Shown in pieces: positions 19,585-30,700 of a stretch of DNA of 64,000 nt. A model generated the notes under the pieces. It did not search any database, was not told the DNA's origin, and was given only the letters and a program-made list of their open reading frames with translations. Source of the stretch: Bacteroidota bacterium. GTDB lineage: Bacteria; Bacteroidota; Bacteroidia; JAKFFM01. The stretch is taken from positions 25,024 to 89,023 of the forward strand of contig JAKFFM010000038.1 of NCBI GenBank assembly GCA_036675075.1, written 5' to 3'. The first letter of the stretch is position 1, and each line of letters begins with the position of its first letter. The translations under genes were made by a program, and so were the position numbers.

Positions 19585-21087
19585 ATGGGCATAATTAAAA
19601 GCGATAGCATAAAGATCACCATTATATCATACCTCGGGGCCATACTCGGGTATGTCAATAAGATACTGCTTTTCCCACATTTCCTTACAACTGAACAGGT
19701 AGGCTTATCCAATATCCTGATCAGCATTGCCGCCATTTATGCCCAGTTTTCTGCATTGGGTACGATGAATATCACGCTGAAGTTTTTTCCATTCTATAAA
19801 GATCCTGAGAAGGGGCACAATGGATTTCTTTTTTGGACGGGTGCTCTGGTTTCTGCAGGATTTACTCTTCTTACCATTCTGTTTCTCATCTTCAAAGAGG
19901 AGATCATAAGTTACTACGGACAGAAATCACCCTTGCTCACCGAGTATTACCTATTCCTGATCCCACTCGGGCTTGCAACGCTTTATTATTCCCTGTTTGA
20001 TACCTACCTGAGATCGCTTTTCAAAACGGTGGTGCCTGCCTTCGTAAATGAGATCGCACTTCGCATCCTGGTTACTGTTTCGATCTCGCTTTATGCGTTC
20101 AAAGTCGTCAGCTTCGAAGAGTTTGTGGTTGTTTACATCCTGGCGAATGCCGCGCCTGCACTCATCCTCCTTGTTTACATCGCTTTCCTTAAGCAGCTTC
20201 ATGTAAAGCCGATGCTGACACGCACAAACAAAAGGCTGAACAGGATCATCATTAACTACGGGATCGTTTCATTCATCAGCAACATCAGTAATGTGCTGCT
20301 GGCTAATATTGATGCGTTGATGCTTGCGGGAATGGTGAACCTTCATTCTACAGGGATCTTCACCACAGTGGCGTTTATGTCAACGATCATGATGATCCCT
20401 TACCGCGCAATGCTGAAGGTGTCCGGGCCACTTGTTGCTGAATACTGGAAGAACCGGCACATGGATAAGATGCAGCAGGTTTACACGAAAGTGTCTCTCG
20501 TGAATGCCATTGTGGGGATGTTTATTTTCCTTGGGCTATGGGAGAACATGGACAACATTTTTTATTTCATGCCTGACGAATATGCATCTGGCAGGTATGT
20601 TTTCCTTTTCTTAAGCCTTGGCCGGCTGTTCGATATGGTCAGCGGATTGAATGGTGTGATCCTGGTTACATCGAAAAAGTTCAGGACCGATCTTGCGTTC
20701 ACGTTTATCCTTATCACGATCGCGGTGGCATCCAACTCAGCCCTCATACCAAAGTTCGATATGAATGGCGCCGCATTGGCAACACTGGTAACTCTAGTCA
20801 GTTATAATACCCTTCGTTTGATTTATGTGAATATGTCGTTCGGGTTGCAACCGTTCGACAGGAGAATTGCACTTGTTGTTTTGATGGGTCTGATCACAAC
20901 CGGGATTCTCTGGCTGGTTCCGGCGGTTGAAAATGTTTATGCGAACATACTCGTCAGGAGCACCCTCGTAACGTTGATCTTCCTTTTACCAGTTTATTTA
21001 ATGAACCTTTCACCTGAGCTGAACGCTTTGTTCAATAAGCAGATGAAAGGTTTTATAAATTATGTGACAGGGAAGCAGAAAGGTTAG
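19585..21087 (+). CDS. polysaccharide/oligosaccharide flippase (MOP superfamily, Wzx-like)
   Basis: 500 aa with roughly 12-14 TM helices, located in a glycan locus. Confidence 0.75.
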   Translation: MGIIKSDSIKITIISYLGAILGYVNKILLFPHFLTTEQVGLSNILISIAAIYAQFSALGTMNITLKFFPFYKDPEKGHNGFLFWTGALVSAGFTLLTILFLIFKEEIISYYGQKSPLLTEYYLFLIPLGLATLYYSLFDTYLRSLFKTVVPAFVNEIALRILVTVSISLYAFKVVSFEEFVVVYILANAAPALILLVYIAFLKQLHVKPMLTRTNKRLNRIIINYGIVSFISNISNVLLANIDALMLAGMVNLHSTGIFTTVAFMSTIMMIPYRAMLKVSGPLVAEYWKNRHMDKMQQVYTKVSLVNAIVGMFIFLGLWENMDNIFYFMPDEYASGRYVFLFLSLGRLFDMVSGLNGVILVTSKKFRTDLAFTFILITIAVASNSALIPKFDMNGAALATLVTLVSYNTLRLIYVNMSFGLQPFDRRIALVVLMGLITTGILWLVPAVENVYANILVRSTLVTLIFLLPVYLMNLSPELNALFNKQMKGFINYVTGKQKG

Positions 21088-23690
21088 TTCTTAACTACGA
21101 TCTTTTTTCTGCTGATGTTATTTTCAGAGCTTACTTTCAAAAAGTAAATGCCTGAAGCAAATGAAGAAACATCGATCATCTCTGTTCCTTTTTGTATAGA
21201 TGTGCGGAACACTACCTGGCCAGTTTCATTTACCAGCTCCAGCGTTCCTGAAGAAGGCAGATTCTCGATCGTCACCATTCCTGCTGCAGGGTTAGGATAA
21301 TACACAAGTGCATCCGCTTCATTGTTCTGGTCTTTTAACGAGGTGATGGTGTTCGTAAACAGATCCGATTCCCATAATCCGCGTCCATAAGTTCCGGCAC
21401 GCAGCTTACCACTCAGGTAGTTGATCTCAAGCTCATTTACAATGACATTTGGAAGCCCGTTATTGTAAGGGATCCATGAAGTCATCGTGTCGTTCCTGTA
21501 ATACACGCCAAGATCAGTTCCGACATAGATTCCTGTCATGCTGTTGTTCTCAACTTCAATGCAGTTGATCGGTGTGTTTGGCAATCCTGTTGCAGTGATG
21601 TTCACCCATGTGGCTCCTGCATTCGTTGTCATATAAACCTTCTGTGTGGCTGTATAGCCTGAAAGAGTAATGTACACCGTGTTTGCGTCAGATGGCTTAA
21701 CAGTAATGTAATTTGCAAGTGTGCCTGGAAGACCTGTGCTTATTGATGTCCAGTTAGTGCCGCCATCGGTTGACTTAAATGTAGAGCCTCCCGTTGATGC
21801 ATACACGTAATTGGAATTTGCTTTTGCAACAGCCAGCATCTTGTATAATGAACCATTTGAAAGGCCTGTTGTTACTGGAATCCAGCTGTCACCATTGTCG
21901 TATGATTTATAGATCTCATCAAGACCAAGGTACATGATGTCGTGATCATTTGGATCCATGACATACGGAGTCACCCACGCTCCATCATTAGCACCGGCCG
22001 GCATAACAGAATAAAACGTATTTCCGCCATCGATCGATTTTCTAATGTCTCCGTAATACAGCTCACCAAACATGACCTGATCGTTTGAATGATCAACCAG
22101 GCATTCCATTCCGTCACCACCGATCACGCGTTCCCATGAGCTGTTAAGTATCATGTTCGTTCCATTGTCCTGTGATCCGCCAAGTACACGGGCAGGATTG
22201 GTTACTGAACTTCCGATCTTGTAAAACTGCATGATCTGAAGGCCATTGCTTTTATCTGACCATGAAGTGCCTGTTGTTGTTGATTTGAACACACCTCCAT
22301 CCACACAAGCATACAAGGTGGTGCCGCTGTTTGGTGCAAACTTCAGCATGTGCGCATCTGCATGAACGTATGGTTTTCCATTGGCACCGTACCAATGTGC
22401 GCTAATTGACCATGTAGTTCCACCGTTTGTACTCTTCCAGAGATTAACTCCTCCGACGAAAAGCACATCGGCATTTGTTTCTGAAACTGCCAGGGCAAGG
22501 TCATACCATCCCTGTCCTCCATTATCACTTCCATTTGATGACCATCCAAGAAGGTTTGGGCTGTCGGATTGCATTGTCCATGTAGCAGCTCCATCGGAAC
22601 TTTTATAAAGGGAATGGAATTCATAATCTTCACCGTTTCCAGTTCCTGCAGGTTTTGAGATCAGAGCATACACAACATTCGTATCTGCCGGAGTTACCGC
22701 GATGGCTGTTCTTCCAACACCGCTTGTAGGGAATCCTGAATTTGACAATACCCAGCTTACTCCGTTATTGACTGATTTAAGCATGTTTGAACCTGAGATC
22801 GCATACATGATCGATGGATTTCCTGGCTTTATTTCGATGTCTTTTACATTGCCTGAGCGTCGAACGCTCCAGGTTGCACCGGCATCAGCTGACCTCCAGA
22901 TTCCATTGTTACATCCTGCGATCAGAACATTCGGGTTAACAGGATCTATCAGTAACCTGTAAATGTACCTGCTGTTTGTAACCTGGTAGGTCATTCCGGT
23001 TGTTGTCCATGACATTCCGCCGTCGGTTGATTTAAGTATACCAATGCTGTAGTTATCTCCACCATCACCGTCGCCGGTTGCGATGTACATGATCTGTGGA
23101 TTCTGAGGGTTGATGGCAATATCAGACACTCCAAGGTTGGGAAGCAGGTCTGTGTTCGATGTCCATGATGTTCCACCGTCTGTGCTCTTCCATAAGCCAC
23201 CTGCGGGAGAACCGACCCAGATGATGTTGCTGTTCGTTGGATGGAAAGCAATACAGTTTACTCTGCCTGCACCACCACCGCTGGAAGGTACGGTTGTCGG
23301 GCCCATGTGTGTCCAATTGGCCGTTGACTGGCTTCCTGCTACACGCTGGTTTTTTTGATTCATGTATTCATTGTAGGTGTGATCAGGAGCCGGGAATGTA
23401 CCATCAGGTAACACACGGGTTTCCCAGAAATATTCCCAGCGTTTGAATTGCTTGAATCCTTTGACCTTGTCTTCACCAAATTCTTCAATGGCATTTCCGG
23501 GTATGCCTCTTTTCGAAACTGCCTCAGCTTTTCTTCTTGCAGCTTCGTTTTTTAGTTCCTTTTCAGCAAACTGATGGAATTTCTGCCTGACGCTTTCGAG
23601 TGTTTCATTTCCCGAAGGGTCACGCCATTCCTGTGAAAAAGAGGATGTAACACCTGTAGTAAAAGCAAGTAGGAGTATAAGTTTTTTCAT
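21084..23690 (-). CDS. secreted BNR/Asp-box (sortilin-VPS10/GH74-like beta-propeller) protein with T9SS type A C-terminal domain
   Basis: Signal peptide. Many S.D.G.TW Asp-box repeats (STDGGTSW, STDGGMSW, SADAGATW, SSDGAATW, STNGGTTW, STDGGTNW). C-terminal SGIYFLKVSSENNISRKKIVVKN. Confidence 0.8.
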   Translation of the reverse strand: MKKLILLLAFTTGVTSSFSQEWRDPSGNETLESVRQKFHQFAEKELKNEAARRKAEAVSKRGIPGNAIEEFGEDKVKGFKQFKRWEYFWETRVLPDGTFPAPDHTYNEYMNQKNQRVAGSQSTANWTHMGPTTVPSSGGGAGRVNCIAFHPTNSNIIWVGSPAGGLWKSTDGGTSWTSNTDLLPNLGVSDIAINPQNPQIMYIATGDGDGGDNYSIGILKSTDGGMSWTTTGMTYQVTNSRYIYRLLIDPVNPNVLIAGCNNGIWRSADAGATWSVRRSGNVKDIEIKPGNPSIMYAISGSNMLKSVNNGVSWVLSNSGFPTSGVGRTAIAVTPADTNVVYALISKPAGTGNGEDYEFHSLYKSSDGAATWTMQSDSPNLLGWSSNGSDNGGQGWYDLALAVSETNADVLFVGGVNLWKSTNGGTTWSISAHWYGANGKPYVHADAHMLKFAPNSGTTLYACVDGGVFKSTTTGTSWSDKSNGLQIMQFYKIGSSVTNPARVLGGSQDNGTNMILNSSWERVIGGDGMECLVDHSNDQVMFGELYYGDIRKSIDGGNTFYSVMPAGANDGAWVTPYVMDPNDHDIMYLGLDEIYKSYDNGDSWIPVTTGLSNGSLYKMLAVAKANSNYVYASTGGSTFKSTDGGTNWTSISTGLPGTLANYITVKPSDANTVYITLSGYTATQKVYMTTNAGATWVNITATGLPNTPINCIEVENNSMTGIYVGTDLGVYYRNDTMTSWIPYNNGLPNVIVNELEINYLSGKLRAGTYGRGLWESDLFTNTITSLKDQNNEADALVYYPNPAAGMVTIENLPSSGTLELVNETGQVVFRTSIQKGTEMIDVSSFASGIYFLKVSSENNISRKKIVVKN

Positions 23691-23697
23691 TGTGCAG

Positions 23698-24180
23698 TTA
23701 AGGCATGTTTAAGCGGCTGAGAACTTCAAATTTCTCAACTGGAGTGTATCGTGTTTTGTTTCCGCATTTATATCCGATAAGAGCTTCTCCCTTATATTTC
23801 TGAGGAGCAGGCTCTGATCTTATAACTGTTGTATCATTAGGAGTAATAAAACGGCTCGCCTGTATATATATGGTGTCTCCTGCCGAAAATTTTTCCTGTG
23901 GATAGGCATTCAGGTCTTTTACAGCTTTAACTTCAAAGGACTGATCTCCAATCCAGAGCTTCCGTATCTTCAGTTTGTCGCTTGAAGTTGAAGCGACACA
24001 GGTGATCAGGTAATTCGTTCCATGTCCACCATTTTTTGTTCCTGCAACCCAGGACTGGCGGGTTGCCTTAACAACCTTAAAACAGGAAGTTTTTCTACAA
24101 AGTCTCTCAGAAGAACTAAAAGAGATTAAAAATGAGAGCAGAAGGAGTATGAATGACTGCAACGATCGCGTTTTTACCAA
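23698..24180 (-). CDS. hypothetical small secreted protein
   Basis: Only TTG starts are available (24180 or 24162). Has a signal-like SFILLLLSFLISFSSS. Overlaps the yqaA-like 3' end by 47-65 nt. Confidence 0.4.
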   Translation of the reverse strand: MVKTRSLQSFILLLLSFLISFSSSERLCRKTSCFKVVKATRQSWVAGTKNGGHGTNYLITCVASTSSDKLKIRKLWIGDQSFEVKAVKDLNAYPQEKFSAGDTIYIQASRFITPNDTTVIRSEPAPQKYKGEALIGYKCGNKTRYTPVEKFEVLSRLNMP

Positions 24181-24610
24181 ATATAGTTAATAGCCCCCAC
24201 ACAACATAACGCAAGCCTTTTCCTAATAACATGAAAAGCGCGACAGGAACGAAAGGCGATCTGAAAACCCCAAGTGCTATAGAAAAAACATCACCTACCA
24301 CCGGGATCCATGTAAAGAAGGCGAGAAAGCTTTTCCATTTATCCACAAGCTTCTTCTGTTTCAGAATGGTGTGCTCTTTTATCCGGAAATATTTGGACAG
24401 CCATTCCCATTTAAGTTTATAGCCAATGAGGTAGTTCGTCAGCCCTCCAAGCCAATTGCCGGCAGTGGCAAGGGAAAGGCAGGCTACGGGGTCATATCCA
24501 TTAATAAGTAGAACAGAGAGTACAGCTTCTGAACTGAAAGGCAGTACAGTCGCAGCAAGAAAACTTGAGAGAAATAATCCGGGATAACCAAGCCAGTGAA
24601 GGCTTTCCAT
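24116..24610 (-). CDS. YqaA/DedA-related membrane protein
   Basis: GYPGLFLSSFLAATVLPFSSEAVL N-terminus and four TM segments. Confidence 0.7.
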   Translation of the reverse strand: MESLHWLGYPGLFLSSFLAATVLPFSSEAVLSVLLINGYDPVACLSLATAGNWLGGLTNYLIGYKLKWEWLSKYFRIKEHTILKQKKLVDKWKSFLAFFTWIPVVGDVFSIALGVFRSPFVPVALFMLLGKGLRYVVWGLLTIFGKNAIVAVIHTPSALIFNLF

Positions 24611-25050
24611 TAAGCCTCCCTGATGATCCTGATCGTTTCTATATGGTCACCCATTCTGATTGAATCGAGGATGTCAAGACCTTCAAGCACTTTGCCAAAA
24701 CAGGTGTGTCGGCGGTCAAGGTGGGCTGTATGATTTCTTGAAAGGCAAATGAAGAACTGTGAACCACCTGTATCTTTTCCAGCATGAGCCATTGAAAGAA
24801 CACCTTTATCATGGAATTGCTTTTCCGCACTGGTTTCACATTTAATTGAATATCCAGGACCACCGGTGCCATCTCCTTTAGGACAACCTGCCTGAACAAC
24901 AAATCCAGGAATCACTCTATGAAAGTGCAGTCCGTCATAAAATCCTTTTTCAGCCAGTGTAACGAAATTCTTAAAAGTAACAGGAACCTCGTTTTCGTAT
25001 AATTCGGCAATCATTGTTCCTTTTTCAGTAGTAATCTCAGCTTTTGTCAT
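24610..25050 (-). CDS. cyclophilin-type peptidyl-prolyl cis-trans isomerase
   Basis: FHRVIPGFVVQAGCPKGDGTGGPGY and GSQFFI motifs. Confidence 0.92.
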   Translation of the reverse strand: MTKAEITTEKGTMIAELYENEVPVTFKNFVTLAEKGFYDGLHFHRVIPGFVVQAGCPKGDGTGGPGYSIKCETSAEKQFHDKGVLSMAHAGKDTGGSQFFICLSRNHTAHLDRRHTCFGKVLEGLDILDSIRMGDHIETIRIIREA

Positions 25051-25115
25051 GCGGTTTAAATTGTTCGTTTAACAGTTGTTAACAATAATATTTTGAAATT
25101 CTGCAAACCAGATCC

Positions 25116-26072
25116 GTGGAAATAAAATTTTATTTCTTTATTTTCGCAAAAATAGAAAAGAATTCTGCTTTGTTGAAAATCGCACTCAATTTACTCCTTA
25201 TCTGTGTTTTTACACTCTCGCTCAGCGCGAAAGGGGTTTATACGGGTGCTTCAAAGTCTGGTACCACCAATAACAGCGACACTGTAAGGTATCATGTCAA
25301 CAATGAAGAGATCACTGAAGAAGACGAGTACGATACTGACATGGACGAGATCAGTGTCAGCTACCTGCCACCTGCTTACTCTTTGTATTCTGTCTGGGAT
25401 ACCTTTAATATCAATCCGTATAAATTCAATCTCACTGATACATTAACGCTTTCTTTGGGCGATCAGTATGATTGTTCTTATGTTCCTCCCATCAAAGGGC
25501 TGGTCACTTCTCCTTATGGACCAAGACGCCGGAATTTCCATTGCGGTATTGACCTGGACCTTGAAACCGGAGATACTGTTGTAAGTGCATTTGATGGAAC
25601 TGTACGTGTAGCCCGTGTCAGCAATGGTTACGGAAATGTTGTTGTTGTCAGACACAATAACGGCCTTGAAACGCTCTACGGTCACTTATCTGAAATTAAA
25701 GTGCAGGTAGGTCAGCATGTTTCCGGTGGAACAGTATTAGGTCTCGGAGGAAATACCGGACGTTCTACAGGCAGTCACCTTCATTTCGAAGTACGATTCA
25801 GAGGAAAGCCAATTAATCCGGAATCCCTGATATCTTTTAAATCGTACCAGCTGCTTCACGAACAGCTTACCATTAGCCCGGATCTTTTTAAACAGCTTAC
25901 AGCATATAAAACGGCTCCTAAGAAAAGCGGAAAGTATTATGTGATTCGTAAAGGCGATACATTGTCTAAGATCGCCAGAAAAAAAGGCACCACAGTTAAA
26001 AAGCTGTGCAAGCTGAATGGGCTCAGACCAACATCTGTTCTTGCTGTTGGAAAACGCATCAGGACCATTTAA
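25116..26072 (+). CDS. M23-family peptidoglycan metalloendopeptidase with C-terminal LysM domain
   Basis: HCGIDLDLETGDTV and GNTGRSTGSHLHFEV motifs, plus LysM YYVIRKGDTLSKIARKKGTTVKKLCKLNGL. The start is uncertain: GTG at 25116, while TTG at 25170/25173 would give a cleaner signal peptide. Confidence 0.85.
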   Translation: MEIKFYFFIFAKIEKNSALLKIALNLLLICVFTLSLSAKGVYTGASKSGTTNNSDTVRYHVNNEEITEEDEYDTDMDEISVSYLPPAYSLYSVWDTFNINPYKFNLTDTLTLSLGDQYDCSYVPPIKGLVTSPYGPRRRNFHCGIDLDLETGDTVVSAFDGTVRVARVSNGYGNVVVVRHNNGLETLYGHLSEIKVQVGQHVSGGTVLGLGGNTGRSTGSHLHFEVRFRGKPINPESLISFKSYQLLHEQLTISPDLFKQLTAYKTAPKKSGKYYVIRKGDTLSKIARKKGTTVKKLCKLNGLRPTSVLAVGKRIRTI

Positions 26073-26166
26073 GAATATTAATTCTTAATTCACCGCATTT
26101 CTTCTTTCTTTATCTTCATTGAGAATTCGTTTGATAAGATGAAAGATTTAGACTGAAATTCATTCT

Positions 26167-26574
26167 GTGCAAGAAGTAAAGATCCTTCGTGAGATAACTA
26201 TTCCTTCCGCATTGATCCAGCAACGGGACGATGACATCATACGTTTTGAAATTCATGAAGAAAAGGTCATCAGTGTTCAGGATATAAAAGATATGACTGA
26301 GATTGTAGGCATATGGGGACAGGGAAAGAAATTTTATAACCTGATTGTTATGCCCGATATGGAGAATATTCCTTTTGATGTCAGACAATACACTGCCGGT
26401 GAAGAACGATCAAGGTTTTCTCTGGCTGATGCCTTTGTTATTCCGAGCATCGCCATGCAGGTGATTGGAAACTTTTACCTGAGGTTTCACAAGCCTTTTC
26501 TGCCTACGAAGCTATTTAGCAGTGAAAGAACGGCAATTGAATGGCTTGATCTTCAGAAAAAGCTGAACGCTTAA
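26167..26574 (+). CDS. hypothetical protein, SpoIIAA/STAS-like
   Basis: GTG start, 135 aa. Resembles the Bacteroidota STAS/SEC14-like family (ends ..ERTAIEWLDLQ). Weak call. Confidence 0.4.
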   Translation: MQEVKILREITIPSALIQQRDDDIIRFEIHEEKVISVQDIKDMTEIVGIWGQGKKFYNLIVMPDMENIPFDVRQYTAGEERSRFSLADAFVIPSIAMQVIGNFYLRFHKPFLPTKLFSSERTAIEWLDLQKKLNA

Positions 26575-27647
26575 AAAAGATCGAGCTGTCCGTCTTCTGA
26601 AGGAACTCTGAACAATGAGTAATCATATTCTGTGAACGAACGGCCGGAAAGATGTTTTCTGACGCTTTGATGGAACATCTGCTTCACCATGAATGCAATG
26701 TTTCCTTCTCCTTTCATGCGTGTTCCAAACCTGCTGTCATTCAAAGTGCCTCCATGCACTTCCATGATCTGGTTCAGGATCTTGTCTGCTTTATCTGGCA
26801 TTGCTTTTTTGATCCAGTCAGTGAAGATCTCTCCGATGGCACCGTTCAATCTTACCATCGTATAGCCGGCACCTACAGCTCCTGCATCAGCTGCTGTTTT
26901 TATGAGGGACGGAATTTCCATGCTGTTCAGTCCCGGGATGATAGGGGCTGTCATGATCCCTGCAGGAATACCATTCTTGCTAAGCTCCTCTATCACTCTG
27001 AATCGTTGTTTCGCAGTGGCTGTGCGTGGCTCAAGAAGTAGTCTGAGGCTTTCATCGAGGCTAGTAATAGAAACCATAACATGCACAAGATTCATTGAAG
27101 CAAGCTCTTTCAGTATTTCAAGATCCCTTAGGATGAGCGCATTTTTTGTGATGATGCCAACAGGATTCCTGAACTTCAGTAATACCTCAAGCATCTTTTT
27201 AGTCAGCTGATATTTTCTTTCCAGCGGCTGGTAGCAATCGGTGTTTCCGGAAAGCGAAATGACTGCAGGTTTCCACGTTCTCTTTCGCAGAACTTTTTCA
27301 AGAAGCTGCGGAGAGTCAGGCTTTACAATGATCTTGCTTTCGAAATCTAATCCGGCGCTGTAACCCCAGTATTGATGAGAGTTTCGGGCATAGCAGTAAA
27401 TGCAGCCGTGTTCACAACCCTGGTAAGGATTCACAGAATACATCATTCCAACATCCGGACTATCGACCTTATTTACAATGTTGGAAGGGTACTCATAAAA
27501 GACCTTCGTTTTGGTGCTTGCTATCAGAGGTTCATCGAGCACTTCAGGGTACTCGGTGACATACTCTGCTTTCCTGAACCTGTTGAACGTGTTAATCTGT
27601 GCACCTCTACCCTGGATAAAATCGTCAGGTTTTTCGTCGTCACGCAT
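26571..27647 (-). CDS. radical SAM protein, PA0069 family
   Basis: N-terminal GRGAQINTFNRF and the CEHGCIYCYARN CxxxCxxC cluster. Confidence 0.85.
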   Translation of the reverse strand: MRDDEKPDDFIQGRGAQINTFNRFRKAEYVTEYPEVLDEPLIASTKTKVFYEYPSNIVNKVDSPDVGMMYSVNPYQGCEHGCIYCYARNSHQYWGYSAGLDFESKIIVKPDSPQLLEKVLRKRTWKPAVISLSGNTDCYQPLERKYQLTKKMLEVLLKFRNPVGIITKNALILRDLEILKELASMNLVHVMVSITSLDESLRLLLEPRTATAKQRFRVIEELSKNGIPAGIMTAPIIPGLNSMEIPSLIKTAADAGAVGAGYTMVRLNGAIGEIFTDWIKKAMPDKADKILNQIMEVHGGTLNDSRFGTRMKGEGNIAFMVKQMFHQSVRKHLSGRSFTEYDYSLFRVPSEDGQLDLF

Positions 27648-27711
27648 TTCTTTAAGATACTTAACTGACGCGGATTTCCAAAGGTCATCCTGTTTTTATT
27701 TCATCCCTTTT

Positions 27712-30700
27712 TCAGAAGAAGAATCCACTGGAAACAGTTACGAAACGGCCTTCTTCAGAGAACCCTACTGATCCTGAAAGAATAAACAGGTTGTAGAAAT
27801 TCACCCAGGCACCCGGACCATATCCTGTATGCCACTTGCTGGATACTTCATAATCTTTCCATACACGGGCATTGTCAACGAATCCAAGCAAGCCCCACTT
27901 TCCGGTGACTACATAGTTCCTGAATTCAAACAGCCTGAACCTCAGATCAACATTCTGGTATGTCATGGACTGTCCGGCGAACCGGTTCCATCTGTAGCCT
28001 CTCAGGTTTGTTGTACCTCCTACAAAATTCGATTCATAGAACGGATGCTCTCCAAAATTGATCCCTCCACCAAGGCGGAATGCCATCGTCAATGGGAATG
28101 TACCTCCACGCGGTGTCAGATAGAAACTTACATCACCGGAAATTGGGCTGTAAACATCATCTGATCTGTCCACAATATTGAGTGCCGATTTCACACTGAC
28201 CTTAACGCCTCTTGTAGGATCAGAATCGCTGTCAAGTACATTCAGTACACCGTCTAAACGTAGCCCATAAATATTCTGAGGGCCGAGGATGGTGGAAGTG
28301 AATTTCTCTGGTCCGTCCACCACAACGTTTGTTTCTCTTGAAAGAATTGTTCTCTGGTACTGAGGTCCTACAGAAATTCTTGTATGTGTGGATGTTTTCT
28401 TAGCCATCCCTATATAAGCATATTGCTGTCCTATCTTCAGTCTGTAATTGTCAATGCCAAGGCTTTTATCCCATTTGGTTTCATTTCCGATCCCGAAATA
28501 ATTAATCTCATTGTTGGGACCGCTTTGCCTTAGATAGATCTGAAGGTCGTAGTTCTTTGCAAGGAAAGAATGGAAATAACCTTTGTAGCTATAGATCCTT
28601 GAATTGGTATTTGTTGCATAATGGAAGTTGAGGTGATGTTCTGAGTTCGCAGGAGGCTTTCCAAAGTTGTATCTCTTCATTAAGATCCCTGCTCCTGTAT
28701 AAAAACCATAATCATTATTGTACTCTGCAAACAAGCGTGGCCTTAACGCACTTCTCTTGAACACCAGTTCTTTATAACTGTCGTACTCAGTTACATTCTT
28801 GTTTGTCGAAAGTCTTGCTCTTACATTTCCTGAAATGACATTTTCTTCGCCTCTGTAGTCAAGGATCTTGGTTGACTTTCGAATTCCTTTCATGTCTGTA
28901 CTGTCAATGTATGTGTCTTTACCTTTTCCACCAATGATCTTCATAACTGGGCCTTTTTGAGCTGGTCCTGTCATTTCGAACACATCATCACCATCTAAGC
29001 CATAGAGTATGACTTTCTTTGTTTCGATTGTTTTAAACACACGGCGATAGACTTCCCTGTCATAAACGCCTTTGGTGCTGTCGTTCTCTCCGAAGATGGT
29101 CACTTCGGTTTCATGGTCATTCTTTCTGTTGACAACAAATTTTTCATTTTTGTTGGAGCCGATAACCTCTACCATTCTTGAAAGGATCCTGTAGTAATCG
29201 AGGGCGGCCTGGTCAAGCTGTTCGCGTCGCATCTTTAGTTTTTCGGTGATCTCTTTTCCTGATAAAGCATAGATCTCAGGAGGAAATTTTTTGATCGCAT
29301 TTTCAATGACCGAATCTGTAAGCTGCTTTTTCAATGTGTCCGCAATCGCAAGCCATTCCTCAAGTGTAGGCTCAGTGATCAGTGTTTTATCAAGGAGGCT
29401 TGCACTTTTGTTCAGTCCTTTCATGTTCTTCAGCTCTCCTGTGAAGTGATTGAAGTTTCTTACAGCAAATGTTCTGAAGAAGTATGGAATGATTCCGTCA
29501 AACTTAACGAACACCTGGTCACGGTCGCGCGGTACTGCTTTATACACCGTGTTTCCATTGTCTTTGAATTCTCCCCATCTCCAGTTGTCATCATGACGAT
29601 CCCAGTCACCAATAAACATATCGAACAGGCGGGCTTTCAGGAAGAACTTCTGATCAATGGTGTTATGATTGTCCTTCATCAGGTTCTTGTACATTGTTTT
29701 AACGCTCACAATGTTCTTGCTGTATCCAAAGCTTTTAAGCTTGCTGAGATCATCATCGGCCCGCTCTTCAAGGATTGCCAGCTTACCACCAACATCATCG
29801 ATGTATTGTCCTAAGTCAGGAGTGTGCGGTACATAGAAAAGTTCAGGGTTGGCATGAAATACACCTACTGCATCAGCCATTGGAGGAATAACAAGCGCTC
29901 CATAAGGATGTGCCGATGACATCTGATCCTGTAAAATATCGCTTGCGAATGTTCGTCTTAACCCGATAGGTATCAGTGATGACGGATCTTTGGAAACTGT
30001 ACGTAAAGTATATTCAATGCTGTCTTTTGAAACAAGTCTGATGGATACCGTTTGTCTGCCGCCTCCTTTGGCAGTAGGAGTGAGCCCACCTTTCTCGCAC
30101 TTCAGATCAAGTAAATGGGTTTTTACAGGAGTTCTCCATTCCTCACGGTAATGTTCTCCAAAGAAGAACTTCTTGATTGGCCCGGCCTTATATTCCTTGC
30201 TTGCTGCGAATGTGATCGTACTGTCGGAGCAATCAAAATCTTTTGGAAGGTTCGTGGTTTCCTGTGACAAGGCATAAAGTGGAGTTCTGAATACGAGCTC
30301 ACCGGTTGTTCCATCTTCTACAGGCTCCCAGAATTCGATCCATGCTTCGCCATTTTCATAATAGTTTACTCGTGCAAATCCGGTATGATCATGCACAAAA
30401 CCTGCGCCCAGTCCTTTCACCGCATACTTGTCTTTGCAGCCTGATCCGCTGACAACATGATGCACGCCATCAACATTTCTGTATTGAATGTTATGCTCGT
30501 GGCCTGCAGCAAAAACAAGATTTTTCTGGTTTTCCATAACAGAAACCATAGCATCTTTCAGCTGCTGATAGGCAGGATGTGAAAGATCTTCCCTTGAAAC
30601 ACCATACTTTCTCATTAAAGGATAGATCGATCCTATCACAGGCAACGGGATATATAAATTCGGACGCACAAGTGTCAGCGGAAAGAAATAATCTTTGATG

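Noticed and set aside
26116-26388. 90-aa minus-strand ORF overlapping the start of the STAS-like gene.
   Set aside because: It has a low-complexity Asn/Leu-rich product, no start context, and overlaps a more plausible plus-strand ORF.
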